DNA of 64,000 nucleotides from a virus (Duplodnaviria; Heunggongvirae; Uroviricota; Caudoviricetes): IMG/VR virus record IMGVR_UViG_3300021399_000101, positions 65,630 to 129,629 of that record; one strand, 5' to 3'. Shown piece by piece: positions 8,847 to 18,778 of this stretch (position 1 is its first letter; each line of letters starts with the position of its first letter). The notes under the pieces were generated by a model. It saw only the letters and a program-made list of their open reading frames with translations, ran no database searches and was not told where the DNA came from. The position numbers and the translations under genes were made by a program.

Positions 8847-9860
8847 TTATACCTCAAGTGTTCCCGTAAACTCACCTTCCATAATGTCACGGCAGAACTT
8901 TATCTTGTTAAAGCGTTTGGTCACGAAGTCCAAGAAAGCAGAATTCAATTCATCGTCATCAAGCCCTGTTCCAAGAGGTGCCACAAGAAAATTCTTCTTC
9001 TGCCCTTGCAACTCCATAGCAAGACGTCTGGACATCCAGTTTGCATTTCTTCCATTAATTGTATTAAGTCCGAGGACCAAAACGGAAGTAGCGCCAAGAT
9101 TACCCATATCCATTTTGATGAATGCATCTACAGCCCAATATAGTTTTACCACATCTGTGTTGTCATCTATAAAGGCATAATACAGATATGTGTTCTCGTC
9201 TTTCTGCTTGACCCAACTTTTTGTTCTGGCGTGAACCAAATATATAGGAAGCTCTTTCGGAACACTCCACATCTGATTCTGTATATAATCAAAGGCGCCG
9301 AATTGAACACAGTTATAAATCTTGAAACCGCCCAAGTCCTGATTGGTAAGCTGGCATGTGGTTCTGTCTGCGAAATTGATTCCATGAGCACGAAGAACCA
9401 TCTCGGCCACAGTGTTGTCTACAGAATACTTGGGAAACTCGTCAAATGTCTTGTAGAGGTCAATGATTTCCTTTACTATTTCATTTCTTGGCTCGCAATA
9501 AAGACATGTGCCGTTCTGACTCCAGTATGTACCAAATCCTGGGTCCCAAGAAGTGAATGCAGTCTCAAAGCAAGAGTCAGGAATCCTGTTGACACAGAAC
9601 ACATCTGTGTCCATATACAGCCCGCCGTTCTCATAGAGGATTTTGAGCTTGACATAATCCATGGCAAAAGCATAGGCTCTGTTATTATAACAGGAAACGG
9701 CATACTTACAGTCTGATAACATAGGCAGTATCTCTGCATCAGTCCAGTATTTTATCTCCCAGTCAGGAAATGCCTTAATCCAGCTTCCTACACAAGATAG
9801 TTCAAAATCTCCAAGTTCTGAGTTCGGTCCAACCTTAATGCAATGTATAATCTTCGTCAT
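8847..9860 (-). CDS. GT32-family glycosyltransferase, tandem paralog
   Basis: MTKIIHCIKVG...GSWIKAFPDWEIKYWTD...YAFAMDYVKLKILYENGGLYMDTDVFCVNRIPD. Paralogous to 7844-8842. Confidence 0.75.
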   Translation of the reverse strand: MTKIIHCIKVGPNSELGDFELSCVGSWIKAFPDWEIKYWTDAEILPMLSDCKYAVSCYNNRAYAFAMDYVKLKILYENGGLYMDTDVFCVNRIPDSCFETAFTSWDPGFGTYWSQNGTCLYCEPRNEIVKEIIDLYKTFDEFPKYSVDNTVAEMVLRAHGINFADRTTCQLTNQDLGGFKIYNCVQFGAFDYIQNQMWSVPKELPIYLVHARTKSWVKQKDENTYLYYAFIDDNTDVVKLYWAVDAFIKMDMGNLGATSVLVLGLNTINGRNANWMSRRLAMELQGQKKNFLVAPLGTGLDDDELNSAFLDFVTKRFNKIKFCRDIMEGEFTGTLEV

Positions 9861-9910
9861 ACTTATATATAAGAGATGGGAAAAATCCAAGTTAATGTAA
9901 GAGGATAATT

Positions 9911-10045
9911 ATGATACTTAGAAGAAACGGAAAGTATGTGGTAACCAATGAAAAAGGCGACAGGAAATTTGGAACCTATGATACTCTCAAGGAAGCCAAG
10001 AAACGTCTTCAGCAAGTTCATTACTTCAAGTACCTCAATAAATAA
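9911..10045 (+). CDS. small basic hypothetical protein (44 aa, MILRRNGKYVVTNEKGDRKFGTYDTLKEAKKRLQQVHYFKYLNK)
   Basis: Ribosome-binding site AGAGGATAATTATG. Not in the ORF track (<60 aa). The overlapping minus-strand ORF 9863-10054 was judged spurious. Confidence 0.4.
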   Translation: MILRRNGKYVVTNEKGDRKFGTYDTLKEAKKRLQQVHYFKYLNK

Positions 10046-10063
10046 AAGGGCCAAGTTAATTAT

Positions 10064-10864
10064 ATGGACATAAATAAAGTTTTGTGTTATTTGACAGAAG
10101 AATTAAAAGACATACCCGCCAAGCCGGATAACATTCACTATACCGATTTTGAAGGACTTTATTATATTCTTCAAGAAGGATTAAAAGGACTGAAAGGCGG
10201 TTATGATATTCATTCTCCCAAAACCAAAAAGGATGATATGGAACTCGCTACAGTAAGGAATACCCATAAACTTACCAAGGATGAAAAAATGGGCCTTTCT
10301 TCAGGAGCGGCAGGCGGGGTAAAAATAGAGCTTTTTACCGACAGGATACTCGCTGCTCATAGAGGAACCAGAAAAGACAAAATCGCAGAGCTTCCTCAGC
10401 AAAGAAAAATTTTTATTCAGCAAGATGCTAAATCATTTAAGAAAAAATATGGTTATGATATTCCTGATCTGACCGTTAATGAGCCAGAGCATGAGTTTAA
10501 TCTAAAGAAAGAGATTAAGGTTCTTGATTGGATGGATGCTAACAAGCATCCTAAAGATAACGAAGCCGTCGTTGATATTCTCTCATATAATATGAGTATT
10601 TCAGAATATTATAAAGAATTGAAAGAACGTGAACGGGAAGAACGTTTTATATTAAAGAAGGGAATTCCCGCCAGGTCAAAGTTTATGAGAATAATCATTG
10701 AAGTTGACCCAGATGATATAGGTTATTCAGACAGAGAGTTTTGTATGGCCAATTCAACAGACTACCTTTCTTTACTTAGTAATATTGACAAAAGAGATGA
10801 TGATTTAATCGTAAAAAATAAAAACTATTTTGAATTCAAGAAATTTTTAAGGAATATTAAATGA
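10064..10864 (+). CDS. hypothetical protein (266 aa)
   Basis: ORF in the co-directional gene train. Confidence 0.55.
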   Translation: MDINKVLCYLTEELKDIPAKPDNIHYTDFEGLYYILQEGLKGLKGGYDIHSPKTKKDDMELATVRNTHKLTKDEKMGLSSGAAGGVKIELFTDRILAAHRGTRKDKIAELPQQRKIFIQQDAKSFKKKYGYDIPDLTVNEPEHEFNLKKEIKVLDWMDANKHPKDNEAVVDILSYNMSISEYYKELKEREREERFILKKGIPARSKFMRIIIEVDPDDIGYSDREFCMANSTDYLSLLSNIDKRDDDLIVKNKNYFEFKKFLRNIK

Positions 10865-11376
10865 GCAATAAATTAGACGAGACAATTTTCGCTAAAGAGA
10901 AAGATAGACATTGGCTAAGAGACCATGGATATGTTAAAGGCAAGAAGATGTGCGTCATTTATAATGGCGAATATTATGAGGACTGCCCGATTACCGATAT
11001 ATTTGAAGCATCAAAGAAAGTCCAGCTTTATATCCCCCAGCTTGACAGAAAAGTTACAGTTCACTATTCCATGCTGGATGAGGAATTGAAGCCTTCTTCA
11101 ATACTGGACACTCTCACATATATGAGAGCCAAAAACAGCCAGAAGAAGGCTGAAAAGGCGACAGAGAAATACGCCAAGACACATAACAACAAATATTATA
11201 GAAAGGCTTCTGATTATTATGACAAGGCTGAAGACCAGAAGCTTCTTGCCACTGCTCCTCACGCCAACAAGAAAGATGCCAAGGAGTATATCCGTAAGAG
11301 ACGTGACGAAATTGATACAAGCAGATTGAGTGATTATCTCAAATACGGAACAGGAAAAGAATACTACGAAGATTAA
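10861..11376 (+). CDS. hypothetical protein (171 aa)
   Basis: ATGA overlap with the upstream stop. Confidence 0.55.
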   Translation: MSNKLDETIFAKEKDRHWLRDHGYVKGKKMCVIYNGEYYEDCPITDIFEASKKVQLYIPQLDRKVTVHYSMLDEELKPSSILDTLTYMRAKNSQKKAEKATEKYAKTHNNKYYRKASDYYDKAEDQKLLATAPHANKKDAKEYIRKRRDEIDTSRLSDYLKYGTGKEYYED

Positions 11377-11385
11377 GGAAAGCAA

Positions 11386-11862
11386 ATGACAACTGTAAGA
11401 CAAATTTCCACACTTAAAGACGCAGCGAAGGTTATATTGGAGGAGCAGGAGAACGGACTGTATCCGGTTTCTTTCTCTTTGCCAAAAATCGTTTTCTCAA
11501 ACGAGGGAGATAGGGCAACTCTATCTCCGTATCTTCAAGCAGTAGTGGAGGAGAATATGTCAAAGTTATCGTCAGATAAATCTTCTATCCTCAAGCTTTC
11601 ATTGAAAGGACTTATAGATGTCGCAGAGGGTAGAGGGAAAGTGGAAGATGGAAACGATGTGAAAGTAAAAATCGGGCCGATGGGAGACATTATCTGTGTA
11701 ATGTTCTCAGAGGCGCCTGATGTTTCCAAGCTTTCTTACAACGACCTTTTCAAATTAAGAAGCGCCTTAGACACAGTATGTCACCCTAAGAACGCTCAAT
11801 GGAAATATGTCAAGTTCATGACGCTGAAAAGGATAAGCAAACTTAGGGGAGACAAGAAATGA
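11386..11862 (+). CDS. hypothetical protein (158 aa)
   Basis: Ribosome-binding site AAGGAAAGCAAATG. Confidence 0.55.
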   Translation: MTTVRQISTLKDAAKVILEEQENGLYPVSFSLPKIVFSNEGDRATLSPYLQAVVEENMSKLSSDKSSILKLSLKGLIDVAEGRGKVEDGNDVKVKIGPMGDIICVMFSEAPDVSKLSYNDLFKLRSALDTVCHPKNAQWKYVKFMTLKRISKLRGDKK

Positions 11863-12644
11863 CACTTAGAGAAATACTTAACGAAAGAAGCTTCGATGAT
11901 GAAGAGAGAGATAAGAGCCACCCCATTCAGGGAGAGGTTGAGAAGAGACTCAATCAGCTTGTCTATGATAATATCATCAAGGACAAGATTCATGCCTTTG
12001 AGAACAAGTACCATATTTTAGACAAGACCTTTGACGAGGCTGCGGCTTTGGTTCCGGAAGGAAAATATGCCAAGCTCGGTGTTGACGGTGACCACTTCTC
12101 CGCTGAAATGAGAAAGAGCAAATACCCTGAGGATAATCTTAATATCAGCGTCCATTGTTCTTGGGAAACGGAAGAACCCGAAGATAAGGACAGATATCAC
12201 ACCATAAGGCCTGGAGATACATGGGAAGTCACCCTCAGAAAGAGCAACTGGGAAAACGATAAGGAGACTTATCGCAAGTTCATCAACGGAGACCTCCCAA
12301 CTTTGATTAAGGCTAAGGCTGGCGTAGGTCGTTGGAATCTTTATAAAGGACAGGCTTTCTGGCTTGGAGACAAAGGGTTCAGACTGACTGATGACTATAG
12401 GGTTGTAGATAACACAGAAGAGGATTACAGGAACTACCATGAGTATTCGCCCAAGATGATTGCAGAATATATCTGGACGCATCATGGAGAAAAGTATCCT
12501 GCAAGATTCAACAGACTTCACATTCAGGCTTTTGAAAAATTCAATGACTCAAATGAGTTCGCAGCTTGGATAGCGGAGAAGCCCAGCAGAAGGGAAAAGC
12601 TTAGCGCAGTTCTTGAAGCTGTTCTTGGAAAGAGGAGATGGTAA
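11859..12644 (+). CDS. hypothetical protein with MTLREI N-terminus (261 aa)
   Basis: Starts ATGACACTTAGAGAA. This 15 nt is identical to the starts at 12644 and 13127. Confidence 0.55.
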   Translation: MTLREILNERSFDDEERDKSHPIQGEVEKRLNQLVYDNIIKDKIHAFENKYHILDKTFDEAAALVPEGKYAKLGVDGDHFSAEMRKSKYPEDNLNISVHCSWETEEPEDKDRYHTIRPGDTWEVTLRKSNWENDKETYRKFINGDLPTLIKAKAGVGRWNLYKGQAFWLGDKGFRLTDDYRVVDNTEEDYRNYHEYSPKMIAEYIWTHHGEKYPARFNRLHIQAFEKFNDSNEFAAWIAEKPSRREKLSAVLEAVLGKRRW

Positions 12645-13123
12645 TGACACTTAGAGAAGAAGTAATCAAAAATTCAGGCATTCTTCTTGAGATGCCAATG
12701 AAGCGTGTTGAACATGTAAATGAAATCATAAGAACCCCATTGGGAACCTTTACAATTAAGAATATATTTGAAGAATTGGAAGTAAACAACGCCGATTACA
12801 AAGGCATCTATGAATATATAGAAGACTCAACCATCCTTGATTGGAAAGACCAGCTTTCCTATGAATTTATGACGGTGTATATCGGATATGATGATGATGG
12901 CAATTACATCAAGAAATTCAGCGGAGAGCCAGCGGCCAAGATTTTAGATCTTATAGCCGAAAAACTTCCAGTCGGTATCTTCGATAAAGGCATGAAGGAA
13001 TGCGAAAAGATATTGAGCCAGTTTAAGGAGGATGATGAGCTTTATGCAAAGGAGATAAAGTTCTATAGTACCCTTCTTAAGAGGTTCAAGGAAAAGCATA
13101 ATAACAACACAAGGAGGTACTAA
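12638..13123 (+). CDS. hypothetical protein with MTLREE N-terminus (likely true start 12644)
   Basis: Ribosome-binding site AGGAGATGGTAATG. MTLREEVIKNSG. Confidence 0.55.
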   Translation: MVMTLREEVIKNSGILLEMPMKRVEHVNEIIRTPLGTFTIKNIFEELEVNNADYKGIYEYIEDSTILDWKDQLSYEFMTVYIGYDDDGNYIKKFSGEPAAKILDLIAEKLPVGIFDKGMKECEKILSQFKEDDELYAKEIKFYSTLLKRFKEKHNNNTRRY

Positions 13124-13126
13124 TTC

Positions 13127-13477
13127 ATGACACTTAGAGAAGAGATTGTAAGAAACAGTGGGCTTAAAAACAAAGTATATACAGTCTTCAATGATGATTT
13201 GGGCAATATCGTAACCTCTGATGGTAAACAAGCTTTGTTCCCAACCCAAAAAGAAGCATTGGAAAAGGCCTTGAAGCTGTGTAAGGATTATTATAGCACA
13301 GATTATGATGAAGAGCAGAATGTAGAGTTTAAGCTTTACCACTCCAGCAAAGACGAAACAAGTTATAATATTTTAGTTAATAAAAAATATAACCATACAG
13401 ACATTATAATAACGGGCATAGAGTCAACAAAGGAACCGAACTCTGACCAGAAGCTAATGTTTGAAATAGAGGTTTAA
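13127..13477 (+). CDS. hypothetical protein with MTLREE N-terminus (116 aa)
   Basis: Ribosome-binding site AAGGAGGTACTAATTCATG. MTLREEIVRNSG. Confidence 0.55.
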   Translation: MTLREEIVRNSGLKNKVYTVFNDDLGNIVTSDGKQALFPTQKEALEKALKLCKDYYSTDYDEEQNVEFKLYHSSKDETSYNILVNKKYNHTDIIITGIESTKEPNSDQKLMFEIEV

Positions 13478-13480
13478 GAG

Positions 13481-13915
13481 ATGATGACGCTTGAACAGGC
13501 GAAACAGTTGAATGAAGAATTGGAGCTGGTCAAGTTCCGTTATCCCTCTAAGCATTGCAAAAGACCGAAAGTGCTCGTCATTGACGCAAACTACCCCGGT
13601 CGAGTCAATGAAAAAAACTACGGGAAAAGATTGGATGTCTTGGGAGTGAACATAATGTATGCGCCCCACTCTGAGCGCAGGAGAATACAGAAAGCCTTGT
13701 CGGAGATAGACCTGTTCTCTGATTTCCTCAACGCAGACAAGCTTGAGAGATATAGAAGACTGAAGGACTTCGCTCCTGATTATGTGCTTCCTTACTTAAG
13801 AAGATACAAGAAAGAGAAGATGAAAAACGTGAAGCTTAAAAGAGGGTTCTTCTACCACCCGTATAGTTTCACAAATAAGACAACTGATTTGGACAGAAGG
13901 GATGATGCGGAATAA
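13481..13915 (+). CDS. hypothetical basic protein (144 aa, MMTLEQ...)
   Basis: Ribosome-binding site GAGGTTTAAGAGATG. Confidence 0.5.
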   Translation: MMTLEQAKQLNEELELVKFRYPSKHCKRPKVLVIDANYPGRVNEKNYGKRLDVLGVNIMYAPHSERRRIQKALSEIDLFSDFLNADKLERYRRLKDFAPDYVLPYLRRYKKEKMKNVKLKRGFFYHPYSFTNKTTDLDRRDDAE

Positions 13916-14222
13916 TCCTATGCAAAGCGAATGGCTTATCAATGAATTAAGAAAGATAGCTGATTGCAAAAACATAAAAAATTATTTTTTCAAAAACGGT
14001 GAGGGGGATAAAGCATATAAACATTGGACCATAAGCAACGGCAACGATAAAATCGGAATCTATGTGTTTGAAAAGGAAGAACATCTGTTTGCCGTTTCTA
14101 ATGGAAAAAGTGTGTTCCACGAATATGTTGAAAAAGCAAACGGGAAGCGCAAAGACGGTATTGACGAAAAATCATTCAGAGATTATTTAAAAGCCAGATT
14201 AAGGGATAAAGGAATATTATAG
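13902..14222 (+). CDS. hypothetical protein (106 aa)
   Basis: ORF overlapping the upstream gene end. Confidence 0.5.
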   Translation: MMRNNPMQSEWLINELRKIADCKNIKNYFFKNGEGDKAYKHWTISNGNDKIGIYVFEKEEHLFAVSNGKSVFHEYVEKANGKRKDGIDEKSFRDYLKARLRDKGIL

Positions 14223-14243
14223 CTTATATTATATTATAAGTAT

Positions 14244-14275
14244 AAAGAGTGGTTGATAACCACTCTTTTTTTTAA
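14244..14275 (+). terminator. rho-independent terminator (AAAGAGTGGTT-GAT-AACCACTCTTT followed by T8)
   Basis: 10-bp perfect stem plus a poly-T run before the structural gene block. Confidence 0.65.
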
Positions 14276-14304
14276 GTTAATTTAAGGAAAAGGAAAATCT
14301 TTTT

Positions 14305-17300
14305 ATGTTGAAGACTAAGAATCAGAGTAAAGTATCCATATCTGGATTAACATACAACAATTTACTTGAAGACGCTTATAATGCGTTGAGAGACTCAGAC
14401 GCTTTTAAGAACAACTTTACAGACTTCACCAGCAACACAGCTGAGAGAATGATTGTAGAGTTGTACGCTTATGTAGCCACACAACTTGCAAACAGGCTCG
14501 ACCAAATGGGAAATGAGCTGTTTGTAGATACAGCGTCTGCATCAGGCATGAGCAGGCTTCTCAAGCTTGTAGGAGCAAAAGTAGATTTCCCTTCTGCTGC
14601 AGGAGTCAAAGTTGATGTAACCACATCTTCCAATACAGATGTGGTCTCCTTCACAACAGGCATAGATTCAAATGGTTCAAAAGAACTTAATTACGTAACA
14701 GGCTCTTTCAAGTCTGTAACGGCAAACAACGGAACCACTTGGGAGTTCATAAACCGTGTAGTGGGAGAAGGCGGAGAATATGTATATGATTATACAACTC
14801 CTTATGTCTTTACAGCACCTAACACAACATTTACCGTTTATGAAGGAACAACCAACGCTCTTGAGTATACGGTGCGTTCCACAGACATAGACATCGTAAC
14901 TCTTTCCGGTTATCCTGTTGTAAAAGATTCTGTAAGGGTTTATTATAAACAGAAGGTCCTTAAAGCTGGAACCACAGATACATATGAGATTTCAGAATTC
15001 AAGAAAGTAGATAACTTCTTCACCACAGAAGCCTTGACCGCAAAAGTCGGTGTCTTTACAGAGAGAAACATGGGCAATGGAAAGTGTGAGATTTGTCTTA
15101 AACCTTACAGCAACGATTCTGAAAACGACCTTGGTAAAGAGCTTCTCATTATGTATAGAACCGGTGGAGGAGAAGATGGAAATATCGCTATTGGAGCTAT
15201 AGACAAGACAGAGAGGTTCGGAATAACAGACTCAAACGGAAGAATTACCAGTTATGGTTTACTCAACATCCGCAATTCCTCAACTGGCTCTGGCGGAAAA
15301 GACGAACTTACTACAGACGAAATAAGAGCTACAGTATTACAGGAAGTCCGTAACACAAAGATTGCAATTACAGAAGAAGACTATGAGTATCTTCTTCCTA
15401 AGTATGATAGCGAAATCGAGCTTATCAAGTGCTATGGTGAAAAGAACTCTGAGACAGCGGCTCTTGCCGAAACATACGGATATTACATTAACCCGATTAC
15501 AGTTTGGCTTATCATCTTAAAGTACAACAAAGAATTCTATGATGCCTATTTTGATGATGTGGAAGGTTTGACAAGCAGGATAAACGATATCGCTTTCAGC
15601 ACTCTTGATATTAATCCGAGGTTTAACGAGAAGTATCAGGTTAATAAAGCCTTTTTGAATCAGGTTTACAGAGAAGGAGAGCTTAAGCAATATTTTAATA
15701 GTGAGAACAATACTTATTCATTCCCTATAGACCCTGACGGCGTGGAGATTCTTTCTGGCGGCAGCGCCAAAATTACTGTCACTAATTATCCATATATTGA
15801 AAGCGGTTCTGCCGCAAGGCGTGGAGTCAACTGTTTTGACAGATACAATTCCATTACTGAGCCAGCCACATTAACATGGTCAGCTTTGCTAGGTATCTCA
15901 TCAGCTTCCAAAGATGATGTTCATATTGTTACAGATTCCGACCTTTATGGTGAAGTGAATAACAGATGGAAGTGCAAGCAGAGCTACAGTAACATCGTAC
16001 TTACAGAAGAGAATGTTGAGGAGTACTGGGGGAAGGTTGATTTCCAATATATCTATGATAACTTTGTTTCAGATAATATAGCCTCTGATATAAAATATAT
16101 TCAGCAGAATGCTTCCAACACAAGCTTTAATCCGGTATACAGTAACATCGACCATTCATTCAGCGGCCTTTGGTCAGACTTGAGGGCAGCTGAAGGTTGG
16201 GCATATGGAGAAAACGGAGTAAAGGTACCGGCAGGAGATTCAATCTTCCTTACCATAAATGGTATACAGATTGAAATACCTGGAGGCAAGGAGTTTGCAG
16301 ATGCACAGGCTTTCTGTGACTTCATTAATGCAAAGATTGCGGCAGAGACCCAAATCATAATGCTCAAGCAGAATGTGACAGGCTCTATTTCCGAGCAGCC
16401 GGATTCTGTTACACTTCCGGGAACAGGCATTGCCTCTTCAACATTTACCCTTTCAACTGGCGGAACAGATACAGATGTTACTGTAAGCATAAGCGGAACA
16501 ACATATGGCGACCTCTTAGACGATTTGAATGATGTGCTTCCTTCAAACTATAGGGCTGTCTGGATTGAGAATAACAATTGTTGGAACTTGGGCTTAATTT
16601 GCTCAACCCAATTCACTTATGCAGATAAGAGCTCAAGTTTGTCAGATGATACAGCTCTTTATGTAAATGTCTTGGACCATGCCGATTTTGATGAGTTCCC
16701 TCTTAGGTCTGGATCTTTCTCTCTTACTGCAAGTCAGGCAAACGAGTTTGCTGATTATCTTTCAACACAGAGCGGTGGACCTTTGGTCACCGTCGTAGAT
16801 GGTAAAATAGTCTTCGGATTCAACTCGGATGGCGAATGCTCAATATTGGTTTCATCTACATCTGCAGACAAAGAGGAAGTGTTCAAGAACTTCTTGGGAA
16901 TTCCCGTATCAAGCGAAGAGGCTGTTACAAAATTAAATAGAAGAACCGTAACTGTTATATACTCTCCTGCAAACACAGAAGATGAAACCGGTTCTGCCTA
17001 TCTTCAGATAGCCATGCTGTCTGAGGAAGACTCGCTCTCTGGAGATATCTACATAAATATTTTCGGAGGACTGAACGGAAGAATCAGACTTGGCGAATAT
17101 TACGAGAACATTGATAAATACCTTCCTAATGTTTCTTCTGTTATAACAGACCTTCTTAGGAGAGGACCGATTTCTCATCTCTATTCCACCAGCTATATAT
17201 CAGACGACTTTAATACAGCAACTGATGTTTATGGCTCTGATTACCAGCTCAAGTTCTCTACAGGACTTATCGAGGAACAGACGTTCAACCAACTTTCATC

Positions 17301-18768
17301 AGGAAACTCTCCTGCCAGCATAACAACAATGAGAACGGCCACCACATCAACTCCATCTTATTCTGAAGGCAATAAGCTTTATATGAAGATTGATAATATT
17401 GAGTATGATGGAACCGGTACATTCACTGTTCATAAGACGGAAGCAAGCCCTGGAGTTACTTATACAGTTCCAGAGTCAAGCGGCTATGCAGAGTTCGACC
17501 TTTCTTGGTTCAACAGCTGCACTACAGATGAATTTGTAAACGGAATCGTAAGCACCTTCAGTTACCAAGGTCCAGTAGACCCAGAGACCGGGGAAAACAC
17601 TCCGCTTATCCAGAAGACCAACACTGCAGAAAACACACTTACAATCTATACGTTAAGCTCTGCATTCTATTCATCAATTGATTTTGGTGCTACGCTGACT
17701 ACCACTATAAGTGACCTGTTCGGTATTGAGTCTCCAGTTGTAAAATCAGCAGAAGGTCAGATTGACGTCCAGCAGATTGGTTACAAGTATTATCCGTTTA
17801 CAGGCTCTCTGGCTATTGGAAACATAATCAACATAGTTGTTGACCCGGCAAGCGGAGACGAAGTGTCTGACAACATAAACATAGGTTATTCCTTGGTGGA
17901 CTTCACAAACAACGTAGCCAACTCCAATGTGGGAAATTATGTTACTGTAAATAATAACAGAATAATACTTACAGATTTAAACAACGGAAGCAGAATCAAG
18001 CTTACTGTAGCATGGGAAGATAATGTTCATAAACTTTCTTGGCAAAACATGTTTACCGCCAATATTTGGAACCAGTTCACAATAGAAGAGTCTGGAGATT
18101 CTGGCGAAGCTTATTTGGAATTCGTAAACGACGGAGACTATTACATAGAAATGGTACCGGAAGGGGAAAGCAGCAATTATTATTTGGTTGTTCAGAACCA
18201 AGATGCATTCCCTCTCGGGGATATTTATTTCCATATGTATGAGGATTATTCAAATGACCACATTGTTAGAGTAGATGATAATGGCGTTGTATATACAGAC
18301 GAGTATAACTGGAATAACCTTATGACAGATAGAAAGGTCATGTTGACAGAGCATGTTTATAAGCAACCTAGATTTATTCCGTTTGACCTTGCAATAACAT
18401 GTTATCTTCCCAACACAGAAACTTATAATAAAGATTATCAGAAGAGCATCTCAAATTACTTAAGAACAGAATACGGTCTTTATTCTGATAATATTGGAGA
18501 GGAAATTCTTCCCGACGATATTGTTTTCAATATCAAAGAGAACTTCCCCAAGATTATTAAAGTAACGGTTGATTACCTCGGATATAACATGTCGAATAGC
18601 GCAACGAACAAAGAGTCCCTTACGACAGAGTTTAACCAGAAGCATATTCTTGCCTCCACTGAATTAACTACCGGTCAGGTAGTTGACCCAATAACAGGTT
18701 TTATTACTGTCCAAGACAATATTGTTGTTCATGGCCTTAAAATCACTTTAAAGTATAGAGCTTCCTAA
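14305..18768 (+). CDS. large virion structural protein (1487 aa; tail fibre or baseplate-like, function inferred only from size and composition)
   Basis: Ribosome-binding site AAGGAAAAGGAAAATCTTTTTATG. Very long Thr/Ser/Asn/Gly-rich ORF followed by two more large ORFs. Confidence 0.65.
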   Translation: MLKTKNQSKVSISGLTYNNLLEDAYNALRDSDAFKNNFTDFTSNTAERMIVELYAYVATQLANRLDQMGNELFVDTASASGMSRLLKLVGAKVDFPSAAGVKVDVTTSSNTDVVSFTTGIDSNGSKELNYVTGSFKSVTANNGTTWEFINRVVGEGGEYVYDYTTPYVFTAPNTTFTVYEGTTNALEYTVRSTDIDIVTLSGYPVVKDSVRVYYKQKVLKAGTTDTYEISEFKKVDNFFTTEALTAKVGVFTERNMGNGKCEICLKPYSNDSENDLGKELLIMYRTGGGEDGNIAIGAIDKTERFGITDSNGRITSYGLLNIRNSSTGSGGKDELTTDEIRATVLQEVRNTKIAITEEDYEYLLPKYDSEIELIKCYGEKNSETAALAETYGYYINPITVWLIILKYNKEFYDAYFDDVEGLTSRINDIAFSTLDINPRFNEKYQVNKAFLNQVYREGELKQYFNSENNTYSFPIDPDGVEILSGGSAKITVTNYPYIESGSAARRGVNCFDRYNSITEPATLTWSALLGISSASKDDVHIVTDSDLYGEVNNRWKCKQSYSNIVLTEENVEEYWGKVDFQYIYDNFVSDNIASDIKYIQQNASNTSFNPVYSNIDHSFSGLWSDLRAAEGWAYGENGVKVPAGDSIFLTINGIQIEIPGGKEFADAQAFCDFINAKIAAETQIIMLKQNVTGSISEQPDSVTLPGTGIASSTFTLSTGGTDTDVTVSISGTTYGDLLDDLNDVLPSNYRAVWIENNNCWNLGLICSTQFTYADKSSSLSDDTALYVNVLDHADFDEFPLRSGSFSLTASQANEFADYLSTQSGGPLVTVVDGKIVFGFNSDGECSILVSSTSADKEEVFKNFLGIPVSSEEAVTKLNRRTVTVIYSPANTEDETGSAYLQIAMLSEEDSLSGDIYINIFGGLNGRIRLGEYYENIDKYLPNVSSVITDLLRRGPISHLYSTSYISDDFNTATDVYGSDYQLKFSTGLIEEQTFNQLSSGNSPASITTMRTATTSTPSYSEGNKLYMKIDNIEYDGTGTFTVHKTEASPGVTYTVPESSGYAEFDLSWFNSCTTDEFVNGIVSTFSYQGPVDPETGENTPLIQKTNTAENTLTIYTLSSAFYSSIDFGATLTTTISDLFGIESPVVKSAEGQIDVQQIGYKYYPFTGSLAIGNIINIVVDPASGDEVSDNINIGYSLVDFTNNVANSNVGNYVTVNNNRIILTDLNNGSRIKLTVAWEDNVHKLSWQNMFTANIWNQFTIEESGDSGEAYLEFVNDGDYYIEMVPEGESSNYYLVVQNQDAFPLGDIYFHMYEDYSNDHIVRVDDNGVVYTDEYNWNNLMTDRKVMLTEHVYKQPRFIPFDLAITCYLPNTETYNKDYQKSISNYLRTEYGLYSDNIGEEILPDDIVFNIKENFPKIIKVTVDYLGYNMSNSATNKESLTTEFNQKHILASTELTTGQVVDPITGFITVQDNIVVHGLKITLKYRAS

Positions 18769-18778
18769 GGAGAAATAG

